DNA of 64,000 nucleotides from Zygnema circumcarinatum SAG 698-1b (lineage: Eukaryota; Plantae; Zygnematophyceae), in contig CM074814.1 in the NCBI GenBank assembly GCA_037447605.1, positions 1,178,001-1,242,000 on the forward strand. Reading direction: 5' to 3'. Made by a program: the position numbers and the translations under genes. Shown here in pieces: positions 31,256 to 42,423 of the stretch. Under the pieces are notes generated by a model. That model searched no databases. It saw nothing but the letters and a program-made list of their open reading frames with translations, and was not told the DNA's origin. Positions within the stretch are counted from its first letter, which is position 1. Every line of letters starts with the position of its first letter.

Positions 31256-32653
31256 GAAATGCCGAGGCGGACATATTGGGCGTTTCCCGTTTGAGCAGCC
31301 CCGTTAAACATGCAATCATTGCAGTCTTACTTGAAGGCAGCTTGAGCTGTAAACATATACTGTCCGGATTGCGGAATTCAAATAGTAGAGATAGGCGGTG
31401 TGAATTGTGCAGCTAGCTCATTCTGAACGTAGTCCTATTTTGTTTTCATTTTTATGTTTCCTAGTTGCCAAAACTGGTTCAGGTGAAAGTAGAGAATGGA
31501 GCTGTTACTTTCCTAATCCTGGGTTGGGGGGAAGGGCGTTTACCACAGCCAAAATTCAGTATGGGACATCTTTATCGATCATTGATTATCTTCATGGGAG
31601 TGCTGAATCCATCCTCACCATCACAAATCTGTTCATCGTGTTGGGACTGCGAAGGGCACTAAAAGTGGAAGTGACGACGTCCCAAACACTGAAGCATCTA
31701 ACGCTGTGGAAAACACTGACACATAAGCGCCTGTTCAGAAGGTAAATTAATTATAGAGTTTAAAAAACTGTTTTTTTTGCAGCCAGACCCAGGACTCCCT
31801 CTATCGACCAAGTGCGGAGAAAAGTGGTTTCTCCTAATCAGGGCGAATTTCTTGGGTAACGAAAGTACTCGGGTGGAAAAGGAGGGGGGAACTTTCAACT
31901 TTCATTCCACTCGGGTGGAAAATATTATGTGGGGGTACTGTACATCTTGTAAGCAGGGCAGACGCACTCTTTAGGGTATCGACCTTTTTTTTGTAAAATA
32001 AAATCTGTCCGACGGAAAAGGGTGTGTATCGATTCCAGAAAGGTGTGAGAAAAGCATTTCCCGTTTTTGAACTTTTTTAAAACCTGCCCCGCAGAGAAGG
32101 GGTGTGTCGAGTCTGTCGACCCAAAAAAGGGGTAAATTTATCACTACCCTTGTTTATTCATATTTGAGTGAGGGTGTTGGTCTGTAGGGGAGTGAGGATA
32201 AGCCTGCGATGCAAGTGGTAGACATGGGAGAGCAATAGTGACACTACGTATACAAGTTGGTGGGCTTAACCCTCCCTCAGATTTTGATTCACCTTTGTTG
32301 AGGTTGGCATCCTCTAATGCGCCTGTGCTTGAGTTGGATATCGTGCTCTCCTGATGTGCTCTAAAATCCTTTAACACGGATAATTAATCTCACTCGTAAC
32401 CCTAATGCATAGCTTGAAGCTTTGCTGGCACAATGTGCACCGTCAAACAAGGATGAAGAAGACGACACAATGGCTTAAAGTTATGAGCTCTGTAAGCGTC
32501 ATTAGAGTACGTCCTTTCACCACAACAAAAGTGTAAATTGAACCTGGACTTCTGCCAACTTGGCCACAAGGGGGCTTCAACAGAGAGGTGAGCCTTCCAA
32601 ATATTAATTCTCACGTACAACAACCACTACAAAATTGAAAAAAAAACATGTAA

Positions 32654-33171
32654 TGTTGTAACTCCTTCCATGGATTTACCACCAGCCGTGTCTCCTCCTC
32701 CTGAATCTCCTGTCTCAGACATTTCAGACATAAGACAAGCTCAACAGATTGAGAAAAGCCCCGCCGGCCCAAAACTCTTGTTTTCAATGAATGAGTACAA
32801 GGTATGTAAAGCAGTGCCACACTACTTGTCCCTCCTTGCACTAACCCACACATATCCCATAAGCACCTGCCCTGGCTACAGCCAAACGTCTCGGCAAAGC
32901 TCTCTGAAAGCGGCTAGATCGATTAAAAGGGGTTTTAGCCGTCAGAAGGCTGACTCCTATGCGTGGCGATGCGACGCCACACTTCCTGTACATCTATACT
33001 GTCCGTACACTTCGTACACCAGGTAAAAGTGGTACGGTACAGTACAGTACGGCACAGTACGGTATACTCGGACGTTCGTACACATGCGCCTCTAACACTT
33101 GCAAGGCGCATCTAACCTCCCTAGAGAGTCTATGTCCCAAAACGTTGTACAGTCTCTAGTGCTGTACAACA
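32654..33171 (-). repeat. Copia 3' LTR (518 bp)
   Basis: tgttgtaac...gctgtacaaca; one mismatch to the other LTR seen by eye. Confidence 0.95.
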
Positions 33172-33453
33172 TTCCCCCTCTTGGGGCCTAGGCTCGAAAC
33201 GGACCCAACCCCAGTAGAAGACCATTCCTCCACATGATGGGCCCGCTGACCCCCTTTGTAAGCATGTCCGCTGCCATGTTTTCTGTCTCGACAAAGGACA
33301 CTGTGATCTCACCCGCCTCCACCAGTTCCCGCGTGTAATGATATTGGAGCTTGATGTGCTTGTAGGCGAATGAACACAATTGCAACAAGCGCAATGGAGG
33401 ACTGGTTGCTGGACTAAGAATCGCAAGAGGGAAATTCAGGCCGCCCACATTGC

Positions 33454-34794
33454 TCAAAGAATGACGATAGCACACGGCTTCCGGGCGGCGTGACGGGCGG
33501 CCACATGTCGGATTCGGTGGTCGAGAGGCAAGTCTCTCTTGCGTTGGAGCTCGAGAATGACCCCACGTGCATAGAGATAGGCATAGCCCGAAGTGGATTT
33601 GGAAGTATCGAGGTCCCCGCCCCAATCAGCATCTGTGTAGCCATACACAGGAGTGCCGCTCCCCCTCTCAAACCGAATTCCGAAATGAGATGTGCCCTTG
33701 AGGTACTTGAAGATCCTCTTGACAGCCTCCCAATGCTTGACCCCAGGATTTTCCATGTACCTGCTTGCAGTGCTGACAGCCTTGGCCAGATCAGGGCGTG
33801 TGCCCACCATGAGGTACATCAAGCTCCCGATGGCAGATCGGTATGGAATCTTTATCATCTCTCTCGTCTCTGCCTCAGTCTGAGGGCTCATGTCACAGCT
33901 GAGCTTCACGCTGGCGTCCATGGGGGTGGAGCTTGGGATGCACGTCTCCATATTGAATTTCGCCAAAACTTCTCTAGCGTACTTCTCCTGGCAGAGGAAC
34001 ATACTGCCATCCTTCCCCCTCTTAAGCTGGATGCCTAAGAGGTATTCTGCAGGGCCGAGGTCCGACATCTGAAAATTCTGTTGTAGAAGGTCTTTGAGAC
34101 CCTGAATACTGGGCAAAGAGGCACTCACAATGATCAGGTCATCAACGTAGATGCCTACAAACAGCTGGGCACCTCCCTTCCCCTTCTTGTACACTGAATG
34201 GTCAGCATGGAACCGAGTGAAGCCGTTCACTACCAACAGGTCATGAATCTTTTGGTACCAGATCCTCGGTGCTTGTTTGAGCCCATAGAGGCTTTTAACA
34301 AGTCTGCACACAAGATGTCTGTTCCTTTTGTCAACAGTCCCCTCAGGCTGCTGCATGTAGATTTCTTCTTGGAGGTCCCCATAGAGGAAAGCAGTCTTGA
34401 TGTCCAACTGGTGGACGTGCATTCCTTCTTCAGCGGCGATAGAGATCAATGCTCGGAGTGAGTTAAACTTGACCACGGGTGCAAAGGTCTCAGAATAGTC
34501 TATGCCGTACTTCTGTGAGAACCCTTTGGCCACTAACCGTGCCTTGAATCTGTCAACACTCCCATCTGACTTCCGTTTGACCTTGAATACCCACTTGCAG
34601 CCGATAGCTTTTCGTCCTGGGGGCAGCGGCTCCAACCGCCACGTTCCATTCTCCTTAAGGCTGTTTAGCTCACTATCGATGGCTTCCTTCCACTTCCCTG
34701 CATCCGCGCCCTCCAATGCAGCGGAATATGTTTGAGGCTCCTCGGTGTGGGCCATGAGACAAATGGCCATCCACTGCGACCCAGCGGACCGCAA
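33454..34794 (-). CDS. Copia reverse transcriptase and start of RNase H (frameshifted fragment)
   Basis: EPQTY..A, GCKWVFKVK, QLDIKTAFLYG, LYGLKQAPR, YVDDL, TRPDLA, YTDADWGG. Confidence 0.9.
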   Translation of the reverse strand: MRSAGSQWMAICLMAHTEEPQTYSAALEGADAGKWKEAIDSELNSLKENGTWRLEPLPPGRKAIGCKWVFKVKRKSDGSVDRFKARLVAKGFSQKYGIDYSETFAPVVKFNSLRALISIAAEEGMHVHQLDIKTAFLYGDLQEEIYMQQPEGTVDKRNRHLVCRLVKSLYGLKQAPRIWYQKIHDLLVVNGFTRFHADHSVYKKGKGGAQLFVGIYVDDLIIVSASLPSIQGLKDLLQQNFQMSDLGPAEYLLGIQLKRGKDGSMFLCQEKYAREVLAKFNMETCIPSSTPMDASVKLSCDMSPQTEAETREMIKIPYRSAIGSLMYLMVGTRPDLAKAVSTASRYMENPGVKHWEAVKRIFKYLKGTSHFGIRFERGSGTPVYGYTDADWGGDLDTSKSTSGYAYLYARGVILELQRKRDLPLDHRIRHVAARHAARKPCAIVIL

Positions 34795-36033
34795 ACTCCC
34801 TTCCTGGCACTCTTCTGGAGCAGCCCTTTGAGACCTGTCTTCTCACGGAGCAACTCCACTCACCATACCAATCCGGGGTTCTGGTATCCCGGACGGGTCG
34901 TTGCTTCTTCTCTGAGTGTGGACCCCATCTACGGCTAGCCGTGGGCAGTACCTCGGATGGTGCCGGTGCCAAAGGTACATCATCTTCCATAGGGCCCATA
35001 TCAGGGTCGTCAGAAAGCTCATCAGGCAGTTCCCCCGGGAGCTCTGATGAGCTATGCTGCTGCTCATTCGAGAGTGGTTGTGACCACAATGGCTGCTCAG
35101 CCATGGAAGACTGCTCTGCAAACTCTTCATCCAAAGGGCTAGGTGGAGGTGGTGGGAACGCCTCGTCTCCCAGAGTGTCCCTCACAGGGAGGAACTCGAT
35201 GTCTGGGAGTGGTAAGTGCCGCATCCTCGCTTGATCTGCCTCCGTGATGGTCTCCTCAACAAGGAGATCTCGGGTAGTCATAACCTTGTTCGTAGAGGGA
35301 TTCCACACGCGGTAGGTCAGACTATCATCATTGTAGCCGAGGAAGTAACCAAACTCTCCTCTTGGGCTAAACTTGGTAGTCTGCTGCACCTTGGGAATCG
35401 TAGTCCAGCACTGGGAGCCCCACACTTTGAGGTGTTGAACTGTTGGCTTGCTGCCGCTCCACATTTCTTCAGGTACTCGCCCTTCATCTTTCAAGGCGTG
35501 AGAGGGACACCTGTTCCGAAGATAGGCTGCTGTGAGGATGGCCTCTCCCCAAAAGGTCAAGGAGAAGGGGGACTCACTCAGCATGGACCTCGCCATGTCT
35601 CCAAGAGTACGATTCACTCTTTCTGCTGCACCATTGCTCTGGGGACTGTATGGCGCTGTGAACTCATGACGAATCCCCAAAGACTTGAGATAGTCAGAGA
35701 ATTGGATGGATTTGTACTCTCATTGTGACCAAGGATTCATGGAAGTTCTCACCGGACTGCGTCGCTGGAGCTGCCAACTCTGAAAGGCCTAGAAGGCAAG
35801 TCAACTTCTCTGCCAAGCGTACAACCCGGATCTTCCTAGAAAAGTCATCAAGGAAGGTTATGAAGTACCGTGCACCGCCGGGCGTCATTGGGGTGATTGG
35901 CCCACACAAGTCGCTGTGAACTAGTTCCAACCGCTGGGATGCGCGGAAAGAGTCCACGCCATGGTTTCGAAGGGGTGACGGTGGCTCGGCCCACTCCGCA
36001 TTAACCGACAAACAGCTTCACCTTGAGAGTTTC

Positions 36034-38055
36034 TCAGAAAGGGGAGCCCCCACAAGGCTCTCGCGCGAAGGGCTGCCAGACCGCTGTGTACGATAGATGG
36101 CCAAGGCGCCTGTGCCAAAGCTGCGCCGAATCAGAGACTTGATGCGCAGACTCTATGCCCCCATTGCAGCTGGAGCCTGTGCGCCGCTGAGGGGGATCGC
36201 CCGTGCCCTCTGGTGCCATGGGAGCATGGCGCTGCGTCACGTCACTACAATCCGGGTCGGCGCGCCTTGCAACGCTGCAAGGGCCGTCCGATGGTCCGAG
36301 AGCGCGGACGGGATCGCGGCCGTCGCTCGCGCCCTGAGCACTTGCGACGCCACCGCGACCATCGGCGCCGTTCGAGGCGCGTGCAGGATCGCGGCCGTCG
36401 CGCGCGCCCTGGGCACGTGCGACTCCACCGCGACCATCTGCGCCGTCCGAGGCGTGTGCAGGATCGCGGCCGTCGCGCGCGCCCTGGGCACGTGCGACTC
36501 CACCGCGACCATCTGCGCCGTTCGAGGCGCGTGCAGGATCGCGGCCGTCACGCACGCCCTGGGCACGAGGGACTCCACCGCGACCATCTGCGCCGTCCGA
36601 GGCGCGTGCAGCGGCGACCTTCTCCTGAATCGACGGTTGCCAATCTAAGTAGTACAGGCCGTCCCTTTGTGTCCCTCTACATAGAATTTTCCGAGTTTTT
36701 CTATGTAAAATTTTACATGAATTTTCTCTGAAAATTCCTTCATAGCCTTTGCCACACACCTGACTAACAGAAAAGAAATTGTTTTGTAACGTGGGTGTAT
36801 GCAAGACATTGCCAAGCCTGAGTTGGAAAGGTGTGCCTTCTCCAACAGGCGCAAAATGGACAGTTCCACCATGAGTGACATCAACTTGATCTCCTGTCGC
36901 TGAAAACACACATCTAGCCTCAGCCAAAGGCTGCATTTCTGCAAAGAGAGAGGTGTCACTACACATGTGTTTGGAAGCCCCTGAGTCAATGAGCCACGGT
37001 AAATGATTCTTGTCATTAAGATAAACTTGATTTACATAATCGATTCTCTTGGCAGCCCTAGCCATCAAACTACTCTCTACCTGTGCAGGCTCTGCTACTT
37101 CTGTTCCAGCTATGCCTGTGCAGTTCCTGGCAATGTGACCTGGCTGATCACACTTATAGCAGATGACAGTTTTGCCCTTCCCCTTGCCTTCTGCGCTGTC
37201 AGGCTGCCCGCTGCCTTGGGCTGCCTTCTTGGTCCGACACTCCGCTTCAATGTGCCCCTTCCTCTTGCAGTAAGTGCAGAAATTGTCAGGTCCTCCTCGG
37301 TCACGCTGCTCTCGGAGGCTCTGCTGCCGCATTGCCATGACACCATCTGCCCCTGGCCTGGATGCATTCTGAAATGTGTCCTCCTCTCTAATACGGGCCA
37401 TGGCATGGGCTAACGTGAGTGTAGAGAAGGAGTGGTGAGTCCGCAGGCCATTGACAGTGACGTCAAAACGTTTGGGCAGGCCTCTGAAAAATGCATTGAT
37501 TTGGTGATCCTCATCTAAAACCTTGTCCAGCATAGTGAACTTCTGCATTAGATTGCCAAACCTCATCAAGTAATCTAGTGTTGTCTCATCTGAAGTCATT
37601 TTAATGGTTGCTAATTCATCATATAAATTTGACCTTCCAGTGATGTCAACTAGATCATAAGTGGCCTCTAGTTTCTCCCACATCTCACGAGCAGATTTCA
37701 GATGCATGAGCATGTGAGCTGGCTTGCCTTTAATACTTGCAGCGAAGAAGTGTCTACATTTGGCATCCTTTTCAGTCCAAGCTTCAAAATCGGCTGCAGG
37801 CGCTGTCTTCTTGTCGAGTGGCTTGATGGTACCATCGACATACGGGAGCAGCTTCCTGGTTTCGAGTAGAGCGGTCATCTCCCATCTCCACTCCTTGTAC
37901 TCTGTACTTGTGCCGCCTCGGAAGATTTGGATGTGGGTCTTCCCACTGTCCTCAGATCCGAAAGCTCTGATACCACTTGTTGTAACTCCATCCATGGATT
38001 TACCACCAGCCGTGTCTCCTCCTCCTGAATCTCCTGTCTCAGACATTTCAGACAT
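36034..38055 (-). CDS. Copia gag-protease ORF (673 aa), beginning inside the 5' LTR
   Basis: YKEWRWEM, AREMWEKL, CTYCKRKGHIEAEC, CYKCDQPGHIARNC, WLIDSGASKHM, LWHRRLGH. Confidence 0.9.
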   Translation of the reverse strand: MSEMSETGDSGGGDTAGGKSMDGVTTSGIRAFGSEDSGKTHIQIFRGGTSTEYKEWRWEMTALLETRKLLPYVDGTIKPLDKKTAPAADFEAWTEKDAKCRHFFAASIKGKPAHMLMHLKSAREMWEKLEATYDLVDITGRSNLYDELATIKMTSDETTLDYLMRFGNLMQKFTMLDKVLDEDHQINAFFRGLPKRFDVTVNGLRTHHSFSTLTLAHAMARIREEDTFQNASRPGADGVMAMRQQSLREQRDRGGPDNFCTYCKRKGHIEAECRTKKAAQGSGQPDSAEGKGKGKTVICYKCDQPGHIARNCTGIAGTEVAEPAQVESSLMARAAKRIDYVNQVYLNDKNHLPWLIDSGASKHMCSDTSLFAEMQPLAEARCVFSATGDQVDVTHGGTVHFAPVGEGTPFQLRLGNVLHTPTLQNNFFSVSQVCGKGYEGIFRENSCKILHRKTRKILCRGTQRDGLYYLDWQPSIQEKVAAARASDGADGRGGVPRAQGVRDGRDPARASNGADGRGGVARAQGARDGRDPAHASDGADGRGGVARAQGARDGRDPARASNGADGRGGVASAQGASDGRDPVRALGPSDGPCSVARRADPDCSDVTQRHAPMAPEGTGDPPQRRTGSSCNGGIESAHQVSDSAQLWHRRLGHLSYTAVWQPFAREPCGGSPF
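36290..36610. repeat. GC-rich 75-bp tandem repeat (~4.3 copies) in frame within Copia pol
   Basis: Equivalent positions at 36361, 36436, 36511, 36586; encodes (ARASxGADGRGGVARAQGARDGRDP)n. Confidence 0.92.
37964..37975 (-). other. Primer-binding site for initiator tRNA-Met
   Basis: TGGTATCAGAGC on the minus strand, 2 nt from the 5' LTR end. Confidence 0.93.
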
Positions 38056-38495
38056 AAGACAAGCTCAACAGATTGAGAAAAGCCCCGCCGGCCCAAAACT
38101 CTTGTTTTCAATGAATGAGTACAAGGTATGTAAAGCAGTGCCACACTACTTGTCCCTCCTTGCACTAACCCACACATATCCCATAAGCACCTGCCCTGGC
38201 TACAGCCAAACGTCTCGGCAAAGCTCTCTGAAAGCGGCTAGATCGATTAAAAGGGGTTTTAGCCGTCAGAAGGCTGACTCCTATGCGTGGCGATGCGACG
38301 CCACACTTCCTGTACATCTATACTGTCCGTACACTTCGTACACCAGGTAAAAGTGGTACGGTACAGTACAGTACGGCACAGTACGGTATACTCGGACGTT
38401 CGTACACATGCGCCTCTAACACTTGCAAGGCGCATCTAACCTCCCTAGAGAGTCTATGTCCCAAAACGTTGTACAGTCTCTAGTGCTGTACAACA
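37978..38495 (-). repeat. Copia 5' LTR (518 bp)
   Basis: Near-identical to 32654-33171; adjacent to the PBS. Confidence 0.95.
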
Positions 38496-39599
38496 TGTAA
38501 CACTGGTCGCGTGGAGACCTACGTGCAACTTATTTCACAAGGACTGCGAACCCTTTCGGAGTTATTTGCTTCATTGTCGAGATTGGAACAGCCAAGTTTG
38601 AAAAGGCCTTCGGTGTCATCCATCATCTATGACTGGGGTTCGCATCCACCGCCATGTTCGGAAGCGACGTTTAGAAAACTGTTTTGCAGCCAGAACCAGA
38701 ATGGCTTTCTTTTCGTGTGATCTCGGAAATGCACTACTCGTTGAAGTGCGGTGAATAGGAATGGGTCTTCTTCTCAAGCAGGGTTTGTATGAGAGTGGAT
38801 TACCATTTTTTGTGAAATTCAACGCTTTTCTTGTTTCACGGCGGCTAGGCAGGTTTCTTCTTGCGCTTTGCGTTTGATAGGTCCCTTTGCAGCATTTGCT
38901 CCTTCTTGGAATCTGAAAATTTCAGTTTCTTAGAAGAAATTGAGCAATATCCGATGACATGACTTAGATTCCAATGGCCTTCTTGATGGATGTTGAAGGC
39001 AAGTGGGTTCGAGTATGTGGCCTCGTGCATAATTTCATTCACACTGTAACAGGACAGGTTCAGTTCTGTGAATTCTAAAAAAAATGAGCATATTGCTTGG
39101 ATGATGATGTACACGATAATGGAATTATGTTTCTGAGGGTGATGATGCGATGATGTGCACGAATGATGAACGATTGAATGATGATGAGTAATTTTGCTTA
39201 AGCATAAGCATCCGAACGAAGGCGGGCCATCTCTTGCATGACAGCATGAAGGATTCTAGGGATGTGAGCTGTGGCCTGAACCCGACGCATAGAAATGGGT
39301 TTGTGTGTGTCAAATAGAAGTTGAGTAAACGTGCCCCCTACAACAGCGTCGAGCTCCTGAGCTGAGCTAGTCAGGCACAGGAACTAATTTACTCCTATAC
39401 ATGGATGCACAACTAGAAAAAAAAACACCTACAAAAACTGTACTGTTGAAAAAACACATTCCAAAGTTATATGCTTATAAACTCAGCTGAAGAAAGTCAG
39501 GGAAATAAGCACGGCAGCATTGCAGAACCATGATCACCTGCTTTTGCTCTCTCTCCTACCAACTGAGCCGCTACAGAAGCAACAAGCAGAAGCGCTGCC

Positions 39600-39981
39600 G
39601 ACCGCCTCGGAATGGATTAAGGGGTACAGCCCCTGTTCTGACAGCTGCTCTCCCTCGCGCGCATTTGTCTCCTCCTCTCGAGCTCTCACAAAGCATGCAC
39701 CTAAAGCTCTACGCCACTTGCAGCTGCCTCTGCTTGCGCACGAGAGGAGAAAACAAAAAACAAACATGTCTCGCACTGCCTTGAGCTCCTCCGCTTTCAT
39801 CTGAAGCTACTTCGACAACACCTGCATGTGATTTTCCACATTCATACTCTGCTTCTTGAGCTGCTCAGCTTCCGCATTCATAACATGAAGGTTCAGCTGA
39901 AGGTGGCGGGCTCTCTCCGCATCCGGCTAGGCCTGCTGCATGGGAATCCCTACTACCTCGTTCCACTTGCAGAGAAGGGCC
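39600..39981 (-). pseudogene. Fragment of a coiled-coil protein gene with in-frame stops
   Basis: Exon-like segment ALLCKWNEVVGIPMQQA*PDAERARHLQLNLHVMNAEAEQLKKQSMNVENHMQVLSK*LQMKAEELKA bounded by AG/GT; family not recognised. Confidence 0.45.
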
Positions 39982-40666
39982 CTAACAACAGATTCGCCTA
40001 CGGGTGAGAGAAGAAAACAAAGCAGGAGAAGGGGGTGGAGGAGGACGAGGATAAAGGAGATGAGGATTAGGATGAGAATGTAGGATCGAAGGTAAGGAAA
40101 GGTAGAGTTGCTTTGTACCCCTCTCTACCTCCTCCCTTTCTACCCTCCCCCTCCCCCCTCGCCCTCCCCCCCTCCCCTCTCCTCCCAACCGAAAAACGAA
40201 GCTTCAGTGAGGCACTCTGCTTGCATTTGCTACTCAAGCTGCTTCAAAATACGGGATATGGCGTGGCGCTTAGACTCTTCTCTTTTACAAAACCCGCAAC
40301 GTAATCTTAATGTCCGCATAAGCTGCTTCAGATCGATATACAAGGAAAGTCAAGGTTCCCGCCTTATCTGAACTCTATCCGATATTCTAGATAACCTACA
40401 AAACGAGCACAGCCAGTCTCGCTCTCTGTACTTCATGTAGAGTCAAAACACGAATTCAAGATTACACGTTATTGCAAGCAATTAGATTGCATCAAGACAT
40501 GTTTAAATGAATGCATGCATGTACTCACCTTCCCCTCTACCCTTTCTCCCAATCCCAGCTCGCCTTGCAAGCTCTCACCCTCTCCCTGAGGTCTCCCCCA
40601 CTCTTGCCACTCTCCTCCCCTACAAGACACCCTTGGAGCCTGCAAGTCAATGACGACAATCCCACT

Positions 40667-41156
40667 GGCCTTATTGTAGTTACTAATCTAATTACAACTC
40701 TCAAATCAAAAAGTGTTTACGAAATTAATTCCAAATTGTTTCAAACGGTTATTCGATTGAGAATTCTTGCTTAGAAAAAGAAGAGAAGATAGAGAAAGGA
40801 TAAGCCCCAAAGTCAAAAGCCACAAGGAATCCACGTTTACTATCAGAATCATCCTATCACAAAGGCAAGCTCCTTGTATTTTTTCTTTTCTCTACTTTTA
40901 AAAAAGCAAGAAATTTCTGGAAAAAGGTGAGCATCCTTTTGTTTGTTATACAATGATTGACTACGATTAAGCACTTTTGAATCCACAAACATGGACGCAA
41001 TTTTTTTTTAGGCTCACCCTTTTCCCATCTCTTCCTTTTTCTAACGCAATTATAAGCAAGAATTCTAAATCAAATAACTGTCTAAAACAATCTAAAACTA
41101 ATTCCATAAACACTTTTTGATTTGAGAATTGTAATTGGATCAGTTACAATAAGGCC
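40667..41156. mobile_element. ~490-bp AT-rich MITE with ~105-140-bp TIRs (PIF/Tourist-like ends)
   Basis: ggccttattgta...tcaaatcaaaaagtgttta...gaattcttgctt pairs with aagcaagaattc...taaacactttttgatttga...tacaataaggcc; flanks ACT/ATT. Confidence 0.8.
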
Positions 41157-42423
41157 ATTTGCATACCAATCACGCAAATAAAATTGTCAAATTTCATTGA
41201 AGATATTTTTGGAACAGAGTAACATCTAGTTGTAAAACCAGTAAAAATAAGGAGAACTTATTTTTAACGTGAATCTCTCCTGACCACGCACCTTCCGAAT
41301 CATGCTACAATTGATCAGAATTATTATCACAGTCAGCTTATAAATGCTCTTGAACTCCAGTGATTCTGTGGCAGCTGTTCTAGTCATACCGCACAATTTT
41401 GGATACTATAACGGTTTTCCGTGCAACATGGAACAGCATAAAACACAAAATCAGATTCCCGGTTCCCATCCCGTTGTAGGAATATGTTTGATTGAGGGCG
41501 CTTCTATAACTTCAGCCTCTATAAATTTGACTTCTTGAACCTCAACCTTGAGAGAGGGTCCCATTTAGGCCTCATCGATCTTCAAAAACTCACATCCTAA
41601 AGTTTGTTCGAAACCAATACATTTTTTCCGAGAGAAATACCACAGCTGTAAAAAGAAAAGTACTCCTTCCAAAAAAAAATCTCCCCCATCGAATGTGAAT
41701 GGATATTTATGAGTCAGCCATTGCGCTAGCCCATGAGCCATGAGGTGCAAATACTGAAACTTCTTTCGACAATAATCGTAGCTTACATGCAAAAATTGGG
41801 TGCAACCCAATTTTGAAGCCGAAGGATTCTAAGATTCTTAAGGGGCCCAATTTTGAGATATTATTGTAGGTGTAATGCTTGCATGCTAAGCTTAACAAGT
41901 GCTGTAATACATGATAAAAAAACAATACTTTTACTATTTTGTTTTTTATAATGTTACTGGCTTGAATTCGAAGAATTCTATTACACCCCCTATTTTGGCT
42001 TTTGCACCCCCCTTTTGAAATTTTGCGTACCTATTTTGGTTATCCCCACTGTTTTGAATATTTCATAAGGGAATCTTTTTCCCGGGCCTCCCGTCCCCTC
42101 CCCACCCCGGGCCTCCCCTCCCGCCCGCTCCCCTCCCTTCCCCTACCCTGTCTTCCTCAGCCCTCTTCTCACGCTGAAGTTGGATCATCGTGAGTCGACC
42201 CTCCTCTCATACTCAAGTTGGATCATCGTTATCACGACAGGCAATGACAATCAAGGCATTAACAAGTAGCTTGTTTACAAACGATTCTTCAACAACATTG
42301 GTCCTTGCATCTTAAGTAAATGAACTTTTGGCTGGCAAACCATTGCTGTTGCAAAACCCCTACCCGGTTATGAAAAAACGAAGTTGACCTACTAATGCGT
42401 GCACTCCGTCTCCGTCTTCTAAT

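Larger units (their letters stand above)
32654..38495 (-). mobile_element. Full-length Ty1/Copia LTR retrotransposon, recently inserted
   Basis: TG..CA LTRs 32654-33171 and 37978-38495; TSD TGTAA (32649-53 and 38496-500); PBS TGGTATCAGAGC; PPT AGAGGGGGAA (33172-81); gag with two CCHC knuckles, protease WLIDSGAS, integrase HSDLCGP/NGAAER, RT KARLVAKG/YVDD, RNase H YTDADWG. Order PR-IN-RT-RH. Confidence 0.97.
32350..38740 (-). pseudogene. Highly decayed pogo/Tigger-like (DDE_1) transposase relic interrupted by the Copia element
   Basis: Across stops and frameshifts: HEKKAILV..K...RRF (~38660-38720), *WMTPKAF/QTWLF/LDNE...AVLV (~38540-38625), then beyond the Copia LSHCVVFFI...KLQAMH*G..IIR (~32370-32480), in pogo motif order. 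Confidence 0.5.

Noticed and set aside
39135-39190. Multiple TGATGA motifs as C/D-box snoRNAs
   Set aside because: Low-complexity ATG/TGA run without a matched D box, terminal stem or recognisable rRNA guide.
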